A stretch of DNA of 64,000 nt from an uncultured SAR86 cluster bacterium (GCA_902562135.1 CACESE010000006.1:7231-71230), one strand, 5' to 3'. Shown: positions 1-11,311, numbered from the stretch's first letter. The notes: a model not told the origin generated them from the sequence alone. A program made the numbers and translations.

Positions 1-492
1 GTTAACATCTGATAAATATTCTGAAAAATCATAGCTTATAGCGTGTAATTCGTTTTTAGAAGAATCGAATTTTGGATGTGCAGTAAACCTTTTATTATCA
101 TTCTTTGGGAATGGAATTTGATCGGTAAAATTTAAATTATCATCTAGAATAACTGGAGATACTCCTCCTTCAACTAATGCATAAATTTTCCCTGCATGTT
201 TTAAAACATGGGTATTAGGGCCAAAGCCGAAAGATGATTCCACATATCTGTTTTTATACCAATGAGCTTTCCCATCTTGTATTTTTAAACCGTGGATCAT
301 ACCGTCTCCAAAAAAAGGGTGATAATTCTTATGATCAATTGGCTCTCTAGGATTGGGTCCATTTCTCAAGAATAAGCCATTTAATTCCATAGGTATTTCT
401 CCAACAATATTTAGATTGTTGGAAGAAGTTTCTTCAACGGGATACCAGTTACCTTTTAAGAATACATTTTCACTTTCTCTAAAATTTTTCAT
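1..492 (-). CDS. Carotenoid oxygenase / lignostilbene dioxygenase (RPE65 family), 5' part only; runs off the window edge
   Basis: Not in the ORF track. Manual translation from the ATG at 492 (ATGA overlap with the mdh stop): MKNFRESENVFLKGNWYPVEE...GEIPMELNGLFLRNGPNP...HPFFGDGMIHG...WYKNRYV...NTHV...FTAHPK. These are the family's signature motifs. Confidence 0.9.
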   Translation of the reverse strand, partial: MKNFRESENVFLKGNWYPVEETSSNNLNIVGEIPMELNGLFLRNGPNPREPIDHKNYHPFFGDGMIHGLKIQDGKAHWYKNRYVESSFGFGPNTHVLKHAGKIYALVEGGVSPVILDDNLNFTDQIPFPKNDNKRFTAHPKFDSSKNELHAISYDFSEYLSDVN

Positions 493-1484
493 ATTAACTC
501 CGAAACGGCTTCTTTTTCCTCTAATAATTCTCTAGTAGTAATTTCAAGTTTTTCCTTAGCATAAGAATTTATTTCTAGCCCTTGGATTATTTCAATTTTA
601 CCTTCTTTGGTAGATCTTAATGGAAATCCATAAATTATACCTTTTGGCACATTATAGCTTCCATCGCTTAAAATCGCGGCGCTGAAGCAGTCACCATTTT
701 TTGTTGGGGCTAAAGTAGCTTTGACCGTCTCTATTGCGGCATTAGCTGCAGAGGCAGCTGAAGAAGCTCCCCTTGCGTCAATAATAGCTTTTCCTCGTTG
801 CTGAACAGTTTCTAAGAAGTCGTTTTTAATCCATCCTTCGTCCTTAATAATAGATGAAACGCTCTCATTTTTTACTAATGCATTATCCAAATCGGGATAC
901 ATAGTTGGGCTGTGATTACCCCATATAATCATTTGATTAATTTCAGAAATTGGAACATTTATTTTACTTGAAACTTGAGCTTTTGCTCTATTTGCATCTA
1001 AAGCAGTCATGGCCATCCAAGTCTGACTTCTATTATTTGCATGAGTCATGCCAATTAAAGCATTTGTGTTAGCAGGATTTCCAACTACGAGAATTTTTGC
1101 ATTATTTTTTCCTTTACTACCAATCGCTTTACCCTGATCAGTGAATATTCCTCCATTAATTTTTAATAAGTCGCCGCGCTCTTCGATTTTTTTGCCATTA
1201 ATTGTTATTCCTCTAGGAATGCTTCCCACGAGCAAGGCCCAATCAACTTCTTCAGCCGCTTTGTAAATATCAGAAAATGCTTCGACTTTTCCAAGAGTAT
1301 TGAAGCCACAATCTTCTAATTCCATAATTGTTCCATTGAGCTTTTCTACAACTTGGGGAATCTCAACTAAACGTAAATTTACAATAACATCGGAACCAAA
1401 TGTTTCGCCACTAGCAAGTCTAGGCAGAAGAGCATAACCAATCTGACCAGCTGCACCCGTAACCAATACATTAATTTCTTTCAT
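489..1484 (-). CDS. mdh: Malate dehydrogenase (type 2, cytosolic-like)
   Basis: VTGAAGQIGY, VVGNPANTNA, IWGNHS, RGASSAASAA motifs. Confidence 0.93.
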   Translation of the reverse strand: MKEINVLVTGAAGQIGYALLPRLASGETFGSDVIVNLRLVEIPQVVEKLNGTIMELEDCGFNTLGKVEAFSDIYKAAEEVDWALLVGSIPRGITINGKKIEERGDLLKINGGIFTDQGKAIGSKGKNNAKILVVGNPANTNALIGMTHANNRSQTWMAMTALDANRAKAQVSSKINVPISEINQMIIWGNHSPTMYPDLDNALVKNESVSSIIKDEGWIKNDFLETVQQRGKAIIDARGASSAASAANAAIETVKATLAPTKNGDCFSAAILSDGSYNVPKGIIYGFPLRSTKEGKIEIIQGLEINSYAKEKLEITTRELLEEKEAVSELI

Positions 1485-3022
1485 AAAATTTCCGGTTTAA
1501 AAATATTTCTCTCTGAAGTGCATATCACTTCTCCTTTCGTACCTAATAATTCCAGTTCTGTCATTTTTTTTAATAAACTTTGATCGCCTAAAATGTTAGC
1601 AATGAATTGGGAGTTATCTTCTAATTCACCAATTACGATACCATACTCTAAATTTTTTCTCCCCTGTACGATTGTATAAGATGTTATCTTACCAAGACCG
1701 TTAGGTGTTTGATTAAAATTTTTAATTTCTCTTGAATCTATTTCTTTTTGGAGCTTTTGGAAGTTTTGATTCCAGTCAATCTCAGGAGGAGCTTTCGAGG
1801 AAAAAATATTAATTGCATGTTTAGTCAAAAACCAACTGTTAGCCGTAATCATTCCGTATTTGTTCTGATTTTTTCTTAACTTTCTTACCATCTCAGATGA
1901 AGAAAACATTGTGTATGCATTTCCTGGTCCTCCAAAATAAGGAAGTCCTCCAGTGACCGTAAGCGGGCGATTATCGTCTAAATTTAAAGATAACTCTTTC
2001 ATAGCAATCTGAACCGCAGAAGGGAAACAAGAATAAATATCAAAATAAGATATTGAATCCATAGAAACTTGTGCTTGTGAGAGAACCTCTTCTCCACATT
2101 TTTTTATTGCTGGAGATTCGATAAGTTTTGGGCGTTTAGAAACATTCCAAATATCATTCAAAATACATGAACCATGTAAATAAATTTTTTTCTTTTGAGA
2201 AATATTCAATTCTTTAGAAAGTTTTTCAGACATGATTATCATAGATGAAGCCATATTTACTCTGATCATAGAATTTAAATATTTTGTGTAGGGAAAGCCT
2301 ACTAATCTATTGGAATCTGTAACTTTTTCGATTTCCTCTGGCGACCGATATTTTGGAAACCATGAATTTGAATTTTTTTCTGCTACTTTAGAAAATTTAC
2401 TAAATAACTCCGAACACTCTTTTAAATGCTCTTTACTAGATTGAGATTTTTCTGATCTTAATGCATTTGCAAAAATAGGATATACATTTGAGGGAAGATC
2501 CATAAAGTGTTTTTTTTCATCTGACGAGAAACCTTCGTCGTTTATTCCAACAATTTCTGGGTTTCCTCCTGGATGATCCTCCCAGTCTAAATGTTTTCCT
2601 GCTTTAAGTTTGGATATCATCGTTTGTAAAACCTCACCGCCAGAAATTAATGCGCATTGAACTTCATTGTTATAGATTCTTCTAGAAACTTCTTGAATTA
2701 AAACTTGAGGGGCATTGCCTCCCATTCCCGAATATAATTCAAAGATATCTTTATTTATGTTCAATTTTTTTGCTAGCGACCTAGGAAAATTACTATATCC
2801 AAAATTTGATTGGTTGGTCGCTGTAGAAAAATCCACAGAAAATCGTACAACACCGACAGCGTCTATATAACTATGAAGATTGCTTATTCCTGTATCTTGA
2901 AATGATAGTTCGCTTGCCTTTACTAAGAAAGAAAGGGGATCCGGGCCGTCTTCTTTCCTTCTATCTATAATATCTGCAACTCCAACAATTACTGGGGTAT
3001 TTCCTGGAATATTTAAAGTCAT
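1481..3022 (-). CDS. Acetyl-CoA acetyltransferase-like (atypical thiolase with C-terminal extension)
   Basis: TPVIVGV, GGNAPQ, FPYTK, DIYSCFP, TVTGGLPYFGGPGN motifs. Confidence 0.8.
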   Translation of the reverse strand: MTLNIPGNTPVIVGVADIIDRRKEDGPDPLSFLVKASELSFQDTGISNLHSYIDAVGVVRFSVDFSTATNQSNFGYSNFPRSLAKKLNINKDIFELYSGMGGNAPQVLIQEVSRRIYNNEVQCALISGGEVLQTMISKLKAGKHLDWEDHPGGNPEIVGINDEGFSSDEKKHFMDLPSNVYPIFANALRSEKSQSSKEHLKECSELFSKFSKVAEKNSNSWFPKYRSPEEIEKVTDSNRLVGFPYTKYLNSMIRVNMASSMIIMSEKLSKELNISQKKKIYLHGSCILNDIWNVSKRPKLIESPAIKKCGEEVLSQAQVSMDSISYFDIYSCFPSAVQIAMKELSLNLDDNRPLTVTGGLPYFGGPGNAYTMFSSSEMVRKLRKNQNKYGMITANSWFLTKHAINIFSSKAPPEIDWNQNFQKLQKEIDSREIKNFNQTPNGLGKITSYTIVQGRKNLEYGIVIGELEDNSQFIANILGDQSLLKKMTELELLGTKGEVICTSERNIFKPEIL

Positions 3023-3116
3023 TATTATTGATTTATTAAATTAAAAAATAGAAGTAATATTACTCTTTTATAAATTTTATTTTAATAAAAAAACTAGTCT
3101 GATAAGGAGAAAAAAA

Positions 3117-4022
3117 ATGTCTATAAGATTTGATGGAAAAGTTGCAATTGTTACCGGTGCAGGGGGAGGTTTAGGTAGATGTCATGCCCTCGACTTAGCT
3201 GCTAGAGGTGCAAAGGTTGTTGTAAACGATTTAGGTGGGGCTGTAGATGGTACTGGAGGTTCTCTCTCAGCAGCTGAGAAAGTTGTTGAAGAAATAAAAT
3301 CTGCAGGTGGAGAAGCTATGGCAAATGGAGCTAGCGTTACAGATCTCAAACAAGTCGAAGACATGGTTAAGCAAACAATTGATACGTGGGGCAGAGTTGA
3401 TATCTTGGTTAATAATGCTGGTATTCTGAGGGATAAAAGTTTTTCTAAAGTTACCGATGAAGATTTTAGAATTGTTTTAGAGGTTCACCTTATGGGAACT
3501 GTAAATTGTTGTAAAGCAGTTTGGGACATAATGAAAGAACAAAATTACGGAAGAATTTTGGTTACATCTTCTTCCAGTGGTGTTTATGGAAATTTTGGTC
3601 AAACAAATTATGGTGCAGCTAAAATGGGAGTTTTAGGTTTGATAAATACATTAAAGCTCGAAGGTGCAAAATATAATATTAAATGTAACGGGCTCACTCC
3701 TGTAGCTGGAACTAGGATGACAGAAGATTTAATGCCTCCTGAAGTAATTGAAAAAATACAACCAGAATGCGTAAGTCCTGCTGTAACATTTATGGTTTCT
3801 GAAGATGCTCCTACAGGGGTAGTTATGGCAGCTGGCGCGGGAGTATTTGCAAGAATCATGACTTTTGAAACTATGGGTGTTTATTTCGGAACGGGAGATG
3901 AAATGAATGCCGATAGTATTGCCGAAAATTGGGAGAAGATTTCTGATATGACTGATGCAAGGCCTTGTACCGAGGGGAACAGTCAAGCTGCAAAGATGTT
4001 TGAGTTGATCAGTAAATCTTAA
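3117..4022 (+). CDS. SDR oxidoreductase (MFE-2 / 3-hydroxyacyl-CoA dehydrogenase-like)
   Basis: TGAGGGLG, VVVNDLG, NNAGILRD, GNFGQTNYGAAK. Confidence 0.9.
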   Translation: MSIRFDGKVAIVTGAGGGLGRCHALDLAARGAKVVVNDLGGAVDGTGGSLSAAEKVVEEIKSAGGEAMANGASVTDLKQVEDMVKQTIDTWGRVDILVNNAGILRDKSFSKVTDEDFRIVLEVHLMGTVNCCKAVWDIMKEQNYGRILVTSSSSGVYGNFGQTNYGAAKMGVLGLINTLKLEGAKYNIKCNGLTPVAGTRMTEDLMPPEVIEKIQPECVSPAVTFMVSEDAPTGVVMAAGAGVFARIMTFETMGVYFGTGDEMNADSIAENWEKISDMTDARPCTEGNSQAAKMFELISKS

Positions 4023-4945
4023 GGCTTTCCTGCGCTGGAATAATCTACTTCAATAGAGAAGATTTCGCCTTCTGCTTTTTTTCTACAGATTTCTGGAGCT
4101 GAACTGTTTGCCGTGAGGATAAATAAAGTTTTTCCTTCTTCACCGCCTAACATACATGCGTAAGCATTTTTAGGAGTTTCTATAACGTCTGTAATTTTTC
4201 CTCCTTGCTCAAATCTTACTACAGCTGATGAAGTCGGCGATGCAATCCAAATTCCATTATTTTCATCTAGGCAGATTCCATCAGGTACATGAAAATTTTT
4301 AGCTGCAGAGCCGGATTCAGAAATTTTAATCCCTATATTTCGCAGAAACTTGATGAGTGATATTCCAAATTGTGACGAAGTATTAGCCCATTTTTTTCTA
4401 TTTGTAAGCAAGCCTTTCGAATCAATATCAAAGCTCGTAAGTCTTGCTCCTAAGGTTTCCCCAACAATTAATTTTTTTCCATCTTCAGAAATCACCGAGC
4501 CATTGGGAAAGTCTAAATTATCTGGACCTTTTTTAAACGATCCATCGGGAAAGACAATCATCAGATGAGTGCTTTTTACTTTATCTCTAGCATCAGCCAT
4601 TCCAAAATTTCCAACATATGCAATCCCATCTTTCGAAACAACCATGTCGTTACACTGATATTTTACTTCTCCAGACAAATCGGCATGCACACTTAAATCT
4701 CCATTTGAAAGCTTAAGAATTTTCCTGTCTAACATGGAGACTATCAATAGGTCGCCATTAGGTAACCAACCTAATCCCGATGGTTGGTTTTTAATTTCAC
4801 AGACGGCCTCAAGATTATCATTTTCATCTAATGTGAAAACTTTGTCTCCATGCATATCAGAGAACCAAAGTTTATTTTCATGCCATCTTGGACCTTCGCC
4901 AAAGTAAATTCCATTGCACCTGCTTACTAAATTATTTTTGTTCAT
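4019..4945 (-). CDS. SMP-30/gluconolactonase family protein
   Basis: FGEGPRW, CNDMVV, FPNG, PDGICLD motifs. Confidence 0.88.
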   Translation of the reverse strand: MNKNNLVSRCNGIYFGEGPRWHENKLWFSDMHGDKVFTLDENDNLEAVCEIKNQPSGLGWLPNGDLLIVSMLDRKILKLSNGDLSVHADLSGEVKYQCNDMVVSKDGIAYVGNFGMADARDKVKSTHLMIVFPDGSFKKGPDNLDFPNGSVISEDGKKLIVGETLGARLTSFDIDSKGLLTNRKKWANTSSQFGISLIKFLRNIGIKISESGSAAKNFHVPDGICLDENNGIWIASPTSSAVVRFEQGGKITDVIETPKNAYACMLGGEEGKTLFILTANSSAPEICRKKAEGEIFSIEVDYSSAGKP

Positions 4946-5714
4946 TAATTCTTTCTAAAATCTTTGCTAATTTTTTTGGGTAGTCAGTAATAATTCCATC
5001 TACCTTACTTTTAATTAATTTTTCCATAAATTTTTTATCATTAACAGTCCAAGTAAGCACAAAAAATTTTTCATTCTTCAATTTTTCTATGAGTTTAATT
5101 GATTGTTTAGAGTCTACGTGCAAGCTTACTCCATCTGAATTAGAATTTTTTATTTCTTCTTTTATTCTTTCCTCATCGTAATCAAATAAAGAAGGAATTA
5201 GATTTAAAGTAGCCATTTGGGTGGGAAATTTTTTTTTAATATTTTTTATTACTGAAGGCAGGTAACAAAGAAAATGAACTTGATTTTTTTTTAAATTTGA
5301 ATTTGAAATTAATTTCATTAATTTATTTAAACTTTTAGTTACGCCTTTTATTTCGATAAATATTATTTTTCGGTTTGGTAATCTTTTTAGAACTTCTTCT
5401 AATTTAGGTACTCTTTGTGTTTTAAATTTTTGTCCTTTCCATGATCCTATATCTATCTTCAACAGGGACTTAAAAGTTGACTCTGAAATATTTTTTGTAG
5501 AACCTGATACTCTATTGAAATTGTTGTCATGAGCACAAATAAATACTCCATCTTTGGTTTTTCTAAGGTCTACTTCAATTGCATCTGCATTCTGCAACCA
5601 AGCAGTTTCATAGGAAATTATAGTATTCTCAGGTGCCTTCGAAGAGGCCCCTCTATGAGCAATTATTAGAGGGTTTTTAATCCCAGTTAAGCGCTCCACC
5701 GGTTTGATACTCAA
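4932..5714 (-). CDS. Glycerophosphodiester phosphodiesterase (start uncertain)
   Basis: [31 protein letters not shown]. The TTG start overlaps nrdB by 38 nt. Confidence 0.88.
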   Translation of the reverse strand: MSIKPVERLTGIKNPLIIAHRGASSKAPENTIISYETAWLQNADAIEVDLRKTKDGVFICAHDNNFNRVSGSTKNISESTFKSLLKIDIGSWKGQKFKTQRVPKLEEVLKRLPNRKIIFIEIKGVTKSLNKLMKLISNSNLKKNQVHFLCYLPSVIKNIKKKFPTQMATLNLIPSLFDYDEERIKEEIKNSNSDGVSLHVDSKQSIKLIEKLKNEKFFVLTWTVNDKKFMEKLIKSKVDGIITDYPKKLAKILERINEQK

Positions 5715-6888
5715 TTACCCTTGTCTCAAAGAAATTCTTTTCTTTTCTTAGATCCATAATTTCTGACATCCAGGGGAAAGGATTAGAAGCATTAGGAAAT
5801 GCTTCGTTAAGACCTATCTGAGTCAGCCTTCTATTTGCAATAAAATGCAGATATTCAGCCATCATTTCTGAATTCATGCCAAGAATTCCTTTAGGCATTG
5901 TGTCTTGGGCATATTCAATTTCTAATTGCGTCCCTTGAAGGATCATAGTTTCTGCTTGTTTTTGCATTTCTTCATCCCATAGATGAGGATTCTCAAGTTT
6001 AATTTGGTTGATCATGTCAATACCAAAATTTACATGCATAGACTCGTCTCTGAGAATGTACTGGAATTGTTCTGCTGTGCCAGTCATTTTATTTCTGTTT
6101 CCCATAGAAAGAATTTGAGTGAATCCACAATAAAAGAAAATACCCTCGAGCACACAGTAGAAAGCTATAAGATTTCTTAATAGAATTTTATCGTTTTCTA
6201 CAGTCCCAGTTTCAAACGACTGATCAGAGAGAGATTGCGTGAAAGGAAGTGCCCAAGCAGCTTTTTTAGCCACAGAGGGTATCTCTTTATACATATTAAA
6301 TATTTCACCTTCATCCATGCCCAATGATTCAATTACATATTGATAGGCGTGAGTATGAATAGCTTCTTCAAGCGCTTGTCTCAATAAATATTGACGACAT
6401 TCTGGGTTTGTAATGTGTTTATATACAGAAAGAACAATATTATTGGCTACTAATGAATCAGCAGTAGAGAAAAATCCTAGATTTCTCATGACGATTCTTC
6501 TTTCATCCTCTGTTAAACCGTTTTTATCTTTCCAAAGCGCAACGTCCGCAGTCATGTTAATTTCCTGAGGCATCCAATGATTTGCGCTACCATCTAAATA
6601 TTTCTGCCAGGCCCAATCGTATTTAAAAGGCACTAACTGATTGACGTCAGCTCTTGAATTAATCATTTTCTTTTCGCTGACGTCTACCCTTGCTGAGGCT
6701 CCTTCTAAATCAGCTAAACCTGCTTCTAGATCCAAAGAATCTAAATCTGGAACCTCGGTTGAGGTTTGCATTTCTTCTTTGTCAGAAGGTTTAGCGTCTG
6801 TTAAGCCGTCTTCTTTTTTAAGAACTTCTTTTGCGATAGATTGTTCTGTTATTTTTTCTTTTTCATCGAAATCATCCCAAGATAACAT
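5677..6888 (-). CDS. nrdB: Class Ia ribonucleotide reductase beta subunit
   Basis: EAIHTHAY (radical Tyr retained), EGIFFY, RDESMH, NFFETRV. Start moved to MLSWDDF at 6888, which has an AGAGG RBS. Confidence 0.95.
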   Translation of the reverse strand: MLSWDDFDEKEKITEQSIAKEVLKKEDGLTDAKPSDKEEMQTSTEVPDLDSLDLEAGLADLEGASARVDVSEKKMINSRADVNQLVPFKYDWAWQKYLDGSANHWMPQEINMTADVALWKDKNGLTEDERRIVMRNLGFFSTADSLVANNIVLSVYKHITNPECRQYLLRQALEEAIHTHAYQYVIESLGMDEGEIFNMYKEIPSVAKKAAWALPFTQSLSDQSFETGTVENDKILLRNLIAFYCVLEGIFFYCGFTQILSMGNRNKMTGTAEQFQYILRDESMHVNFGIDMINQIKLENPHLWDEEMQKQAETMILQGTQLEIEYAQDTMPKGILGMNSEMMAEYLHFIANRRLTQIGLNEAFPNASNPFPWMSEIMDLRKEKNFFETRVIEYQTGGALNWD

Positions 6889-6902
6889 TTTAATACCTCT
6901 TT

Positions 6903-9710
6903 TTATTGACAAGCTTCACAGTCTGGATCAAGTATTGAGCAGGCTTCAGGAGCCTCGGATCCTTGATTTGCAGCAACAGCGTTGAGCTCTAGATTAGTAA
7001 TAGTTGATTTCTCAGAAGTTGTGGCACTTCTTGAGCGTAAATAATAAGTAGTTTTCAAACCTCTTAGCCATGCCATCTTGTACATCACATCAAGTTTTTT
7101 TCCATTCGGTTCTGAAACGTAAAGATTAAGAGATTGGCTTTGATCTATCCATTTTTGTCTTCTCGATGCGGCTTCAATTAGCCATTTTGGTTCAACTTCA
7201 AAAGACGTGGCGAAAAGCCTTTTTATATCGTCGGGGACTCTGTTGATACCTTCTAAACTACCATTCAAGTTTTTCAGATCGTAGACCATTACCTCGTCCC
7301 ACATATCTATTTCTTTTAGCGCTTCTACTAAGTGCATATTGATAATTGTGAATTCCCCTGAAAGATTAGATTTAACAAATAAATTAGAATAGGTAGGCTC
7401 TATTGATTGTGTAAGGCCGGTTATGTTTGCAATTGTGGCGGTTGGAGCAATTGCCATGACGTTAGAGTTTCTCATGCCTTGTTTCTTTACAGTTTTTCTT
7501 AAACCTTTCCAATCAAGCTTCGAAGCTGTATCAACCTCTAGATAATTTTCTCCTCTTTCTTTTTTAAGCAGTTCAATTGAATCTAAAGGAAGTATTCCTT
7601 TGCTCCATAATGATCCCTCGTAAGATGTATATGCTCCTCTCTCTGAGGCTAGGTCTGAAGACGATTTAATTGCGTAATAACTAACCATTTCCATGGACTC
7701 GTCTGCAAAGCTGACAGCTTCTTCGGATGCATAAGGAGTTTTTTTGATATAGAGGGCATCTTGAAAGCCCATAATTCCTAATCCTATTGGCCTATGTTTA
7801 AAATTAGAATTTTCTGCTTGTGGAACGGCGTAGTAGTTTATGTCTATAACATTGTCTAGCATTCTTATTGCAGTAGTTATAGTTCTTTCTATTTTTTCTT
7901 CATTTAGATCTCCATTTTCATTTAAATGGTTTGGAAGATTAATGGACCCTAAATTACAGACTGCAATTTCGTCTTGAGAAGTATTTAAAGTTATTTCTGT
8001 ACAAAGATTAGAGGAATGAATTACCCCAACGTGTTGTTGTGGTGATCTTAAGTTACAAGCATCTTTAAAAGTTATCCAAGGATGGCCTGTTTCAAATAGC
8101 ATGGAAATAATTTTCCTCCAAAGATCCTCGGCTTCTACTTCTTTAGAAACTTGGATTTTTCCTGTCTTTGCGTCATTTTCATACTCTTCATACCTGATTT
8201 TGAACGCTGAGCCCGTTAAATCATGTAGATCTGGTGTTTCATTAGGAGAAAAAAGAGTCCACTTACCACCGTCCATGACCCTTTGCATAAATAGGTCTGG
8301 TATCCAGTTCGCGGTATTCATATCATGAGTTCTTCTGCGATCGTCGCCGGTGTTTTTTCGAAGTTCTACAAATTCTTCAATATCTAAATGCCAAGTTTCT
8401 AAGTATGAACAAACAGCTCCTTTTCTTTTCCCTCCCTGGTTTACCGCTACTGCAGTGTCATTAACCACTTTTAAAAATGGAACAACACCTTGAGATTTCC
8501 CATTCGTTCCTTTTATGTGTGCGCCCATACCTCTGACAGGAGTCCAGTCATTGCCTAAACCTCCAGCCCATTTTGAAAGCATAGCGTTATCACCTAACGC
8601 ATCATAAATCCCTTTTAGGTCATCAGGGACGGTAGTTAGATAACAAGAGGATAGCTGAGAATGGATAGTTCCTGAATTAAATAAAGTTGGAGTAGAGCTC
8701 ATGTAGTCAAACGAGGATAGAAGATTGTAAAATTCTATTGCTCTTTCTTCTCTATTTTCTTCTTCAATGGCTAAGCCCATTGCTACTCTCATAAAAAATA
8801 TTTGAGGAAGCTCGAATCTTACTTCATCTTTATGTATGAAATATCTATCGTAGAGAGTTTGAAGACCTAAATAAGAAAACATTAGGTCTCTTTCGGGCTT
8901 AAGATTATTTCCAAGTTTTTTTAAGTCCATCTTTCCTAATTCAGGATTAACCAACTCTAATTCAATTGCTCTTTTTATAAACACATCTAACGCTTGAGGA
9001 TAAAGGTTTTCCATTTCTTTCTGTGTTGCATTTGGGGCTAAATTTAAAAAAGACAAGGCTTCTGTTCTTAAGCTGTCTAATAAAATTCTTGAGGTTGCAT
9101 ATGTATAGTTTGGTTCAGCCTCTACAAGGGATCTTGCAGAAAGAATCATCGCTTCTTTTATCTCGTCTTCCGATGCCCCTTCATAAAGGTTTTTATTTGC
9201 TTCTTGTATTATCGTCTCTGGATTAGTGCCGCTCAGGCCTTCACAGGCTTCCTTCGCTATCGTTTCCGTCCTTTCTGATGGGCTCAATACAGTCATTTCT
9301 TGGGCAGAAGTGTTTTCTTCCTGTCTTATTTTTGTTCTCTCGGCTCTATAGACAACATAGGCTCTTGCAACCTTTAATTCCTCTGATCGCATGAGGGCTA
9401 ACTCTACCTGATCCTGAATCTCCTCTATGTGAATTGTTCCGCCAGAGGGCATTCTTGATGAAAAAGTATCGTGGACACTTTTTGCAAGAGAATTTACTTT
9501 CTGTTGAACACTGGATGACGCCGCAGCTGCGCTAGTATGAACGGCTAGAAAAGCTTTTGTAATTGCTACTTCAATTTTTGATATATCGAAATTAACTACT
9601 GAGCCGTTTCTTTTAATAACTCTAAGAATTCCTGGCTCTATAGCAGAAGAAGGTCTTTCGCTTGATATATTTATTTTATTCTTTTCGTTTTCTCTCTCAG
9701 TAATGTCCAT
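6903..9710 (-). CDS. nrdA: Class Ia ribonucleotide reductase alpha subunit with ATP cone
   Basis: VIKRNG ATP cone, SSCY, SNLCTEI, APTA, KTTYYLR, C-terminal CEACQ. Confidence 0.97.
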   Translation of the reverse strand: MDITERENEKNKINISSERPSSAIEPGILRVIKRNGSVVNFDISKIEVAITKAFLAVHTSAAAASSSVQQKVNSLAKSVHDTFSSRMPSGGTIHIEEIQDQVELALMRSEELKVARAYVVYRAERTKIRQEENTSAQEMTVLSPSERTETIAKEACEGLSGTNPETIIQEANKNLYEGASEDEIKEAMILSARSLVEAEPNYTYATSRILLDSLRTEALSFLNLAPNATQKEMENLYPQALDVFIKRAIELELVNPELGKMDLKKLGNNLKPERDLMFSYLGLQTLYDRYFIHKDEVRFELPQIFFMRVAMGLAIEEENREERAIEFYNLLSSFDYMSSTPTLFNSGTIHSQLSSCYLTTVPDDLKGIYDALGDNAMLSKWAGGLGNDWTPVRGMGAHIKGTNGKSQGVVPFLKVVNDTAVAVNQGGKRKGAVCSYLETWHLDIEEFVELRKNTGDDRRRTHDMNTANWIPDLFMQRVMDGGKWTLFSPNETPDLHDLTGSAFKIRYEEYENDAKTGKIQVSKEVEAEDLWRKIISMLFETGHPWITFKDACNLRSPQQHVGVIHSSNLCTEITLNTSQDEIAVCNLGSINLPNHLNENGDLNEEKIERTITTAIRMLDNVIDINYYAVPQAENSNFKHRPIGLGIMGFQDALYIKKTPYASEEAVSFADESMEMVSYYAIKSSSDLASERGAYTSYEGSLWSKGILPLDSIELLKKERGENYLEVDTASKLDWKGLRKTVKKQGMRNSNVMAIAPTATIANITGLTQSIEPTYSNLFVKSNLSGEFTIINMHLVEALKEIDMWDEVMVYDLKNLNGSLEGINRVPDDIKRLFATSFEVEPKWLIEAASRRQKWIDQSQSLNLYVSEPNGKKLDVMYKMAWLRGLKTTYYLRSRSATTSEKSTITNLELNAVAANQGSEAPEACSILDPDCEACQ

Positions 9711-9738
9711 ATTTGTCAGGTTAGTTACTTTTCTTGTA

Positions 9739-9785
9739 ACTCAATATATAGTGGGGCAAAAACTTAATTACACAAGATACTGTGT
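9739..9785. promoter_or_regulatory. Tandem NrdR boxes upstream of nrdAB
   Basis: ACTCAATATATAGTGG (9739-9754) and ACACAAGATACTGTGT (9770-9785) match acaCwAtATaTwGtgt, spaced 31 bp apart. Confidence 0.85.
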
Positions 9786-9834
9786 TTTTATGAGAAAAGC
9801 AATAGAATAATTTATGAAATTTAAGTGGATTAAG

Positions 9835-9843
9835 TGTGGATAA
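9835..9843 (-). promoter_or_regulatory. DnaA box in the nrdA-glpK intergenic region
   Basis: Perfect TTATCCACA on the minus strand, upstream of nrdAB as in E. coli. Confidence 0.6.
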
Positions 9844-9862
9844 CTATATATAAATATAAAGC

Positions 9863-11311
9863 ATGAAAAAATATTTTCTCTCTATCGATCAAGGCACAAC
9901 TAGTACTAGAACAGTGCTTTACGATTCTAAATTTAAATATTTAGACCAGAAACAAATTGAAATTACGCAATTTTATCCGAAATCTGGTTACGTAGAACAC
10001 GATGCAGAAGAAATATGGGATAAAACGTATAAAACATTGCGTCAACTTTTAAGAAAATATGATTTGAAATCAAATCAAATAATTTCAATTGGCATAACCA
10101 ATCAAAGGGAGACAATATTAGGATGGGATAAAAGTTCAGGAAAGCCCATAGGAAAAGCCATTGTTTGGCAGGATAGAAGAACTAGTAAATTTTGTGAAAT
10201 ATTAAAAAATGAGGGCTTAGAGCCAGAAATTAATGAAAAAACAGGACTTTTACTGGACCCCTATTTTTCTGCTTCTAAACTGAGATGGATTAAGGATAAG
10301 TCAAAATCAATATTCAAAAGATCTACTACACTTTTCGGGACCATAGATAGTTTTTTGTTATGGAAATTGACAGAAGGAAGGGTTTTTGCAACAGATATAA
10401 CTAATGCTGCGAGAACATCACTTTTTAATATATCTAATCTTAAGTGGGACGATGATTTAATAAAAATTTTTGGGCTTGAAGGAATAAAATTACCAGATAT
10501 AAAAAATAATGCAGATGATTACGGCACCACGTCTTTATTTGGTGGAGAAATTAAAATTTCTGGTATGGCTGGTGATCAGCAGGCAGCTCTTTTCGGACAA
10601 GCTTGTTTTGATACAGGTGAGGTTAAAAGTACCTATGGCACAGGTTGTTTTTTAATTTTAAATACAGGAACTAAAATCTTGAGGTCAAATAATAAATTAC
10701 TTTCCACTGTGGGTTATAAAATAGGTGGAGACGTTACTTATGCATTAGAAGGAAGCATTTTCGTTGCTGGTTCGTTAATTCAGTGGTTAAGAGACAAAAT
10801 GAAATTTTTTTCTAATGCTCTAGAAACAGAAAAACTTGCAAAATCAGCAAATAAGAACTCTGAAGTTGTCATAATTCCATCTTTTACAGGACTTGGCGCT
10901 CCACATTGGAAGCCTGATTTGAGGGGAGCAATCCATGGCCTTTCTCTAGAAACATCGAAAGAGGACATAATTTTAGCTGCTTTAGAAGCTATATGCTTTC
11001 AGACGAAAGATCTAGTCACCGCGCTTAAAAATGATGGTGCAAAAATAAAATCAATTAAAATAGACGGAGGAATGGCGACCAATAATTTTTTTGGACAAAC
11101 TTTGTCCAATATTTTATCTATGAAAGTTTTTAAGCCTAAAAATATCGAAAGCACTTCATTGGGTGCTGCTTATTTAGCCGGAATTGGATCAAATTACATA
11201 AATTTAAGCGAACTCAAAGATGTTTGGAAGATTGATAAATTATTTGAACCTAAAAAATCCTACGAAAAGAAATATTTAAAATATTTAGACAGTATCGAAT
11301 CTTTAAGTTAA
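9863..11311 (+). CDS. glpK: Glycerol kinase
   Basis: IDQGTTSTR, GITNQRET, AIVWQDRR, GDQQAALFGQ, KSTYGTG. Confidence 0.96.
   Translation: MKKYFLSIDQGTTSTRTVLYDSKFKYLDQKQIEITQFYPKSGYVEHDAEEIWDKTYKTLRQLLRKYDLKSNQIISIGITNQRETILGWDKSSGKPIGKAIVWQDRRTSKFCEILKNEGLEPEINEKTGLLLDPYFSASKLRWIKDKSKSIFKRSTTLFGTIDSFLLWKLTEGRVFATDITNAARTSLFNISNLKWDDDLIKIFGLEGIKLPDIKNNADDYGTTSLFGGEIKISGMAGDQQAALFGQACFDTGEVKSTYGTGCFLILNTGTKILRSNNKLLSTVGYKIGGDVTYALEGSIFVAGSLIQWLRDKMKFFSNALETEKLAKSANKNSEVVIIPSFTGLGAPHWKPDLRGAIHGLSLETSKEDIILAALEAICFQTKDLVTALKNDGAKIKSIKIDGGMATNNFFGQTLSNILSMKVFKPKNIESTSLGAAYLAGIGSNYINLSELKDVWKIDKLFEPKKSYEKKYLKYLDSIESLS

Noticed and set aside
353-535. Short ORF-track entries antisense to or nested in long genes (this one and most other 60-130 aa entries)
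   Set aside because: They are shadow ORFs of well-supported genes and have no motifs of their own
5677-6888. Possible non-canonical (class Ic/Ie) RNR beta subunit
   Set aside because: The radical Tyr and the carboxylate/His ligands appear canonical for class Ia
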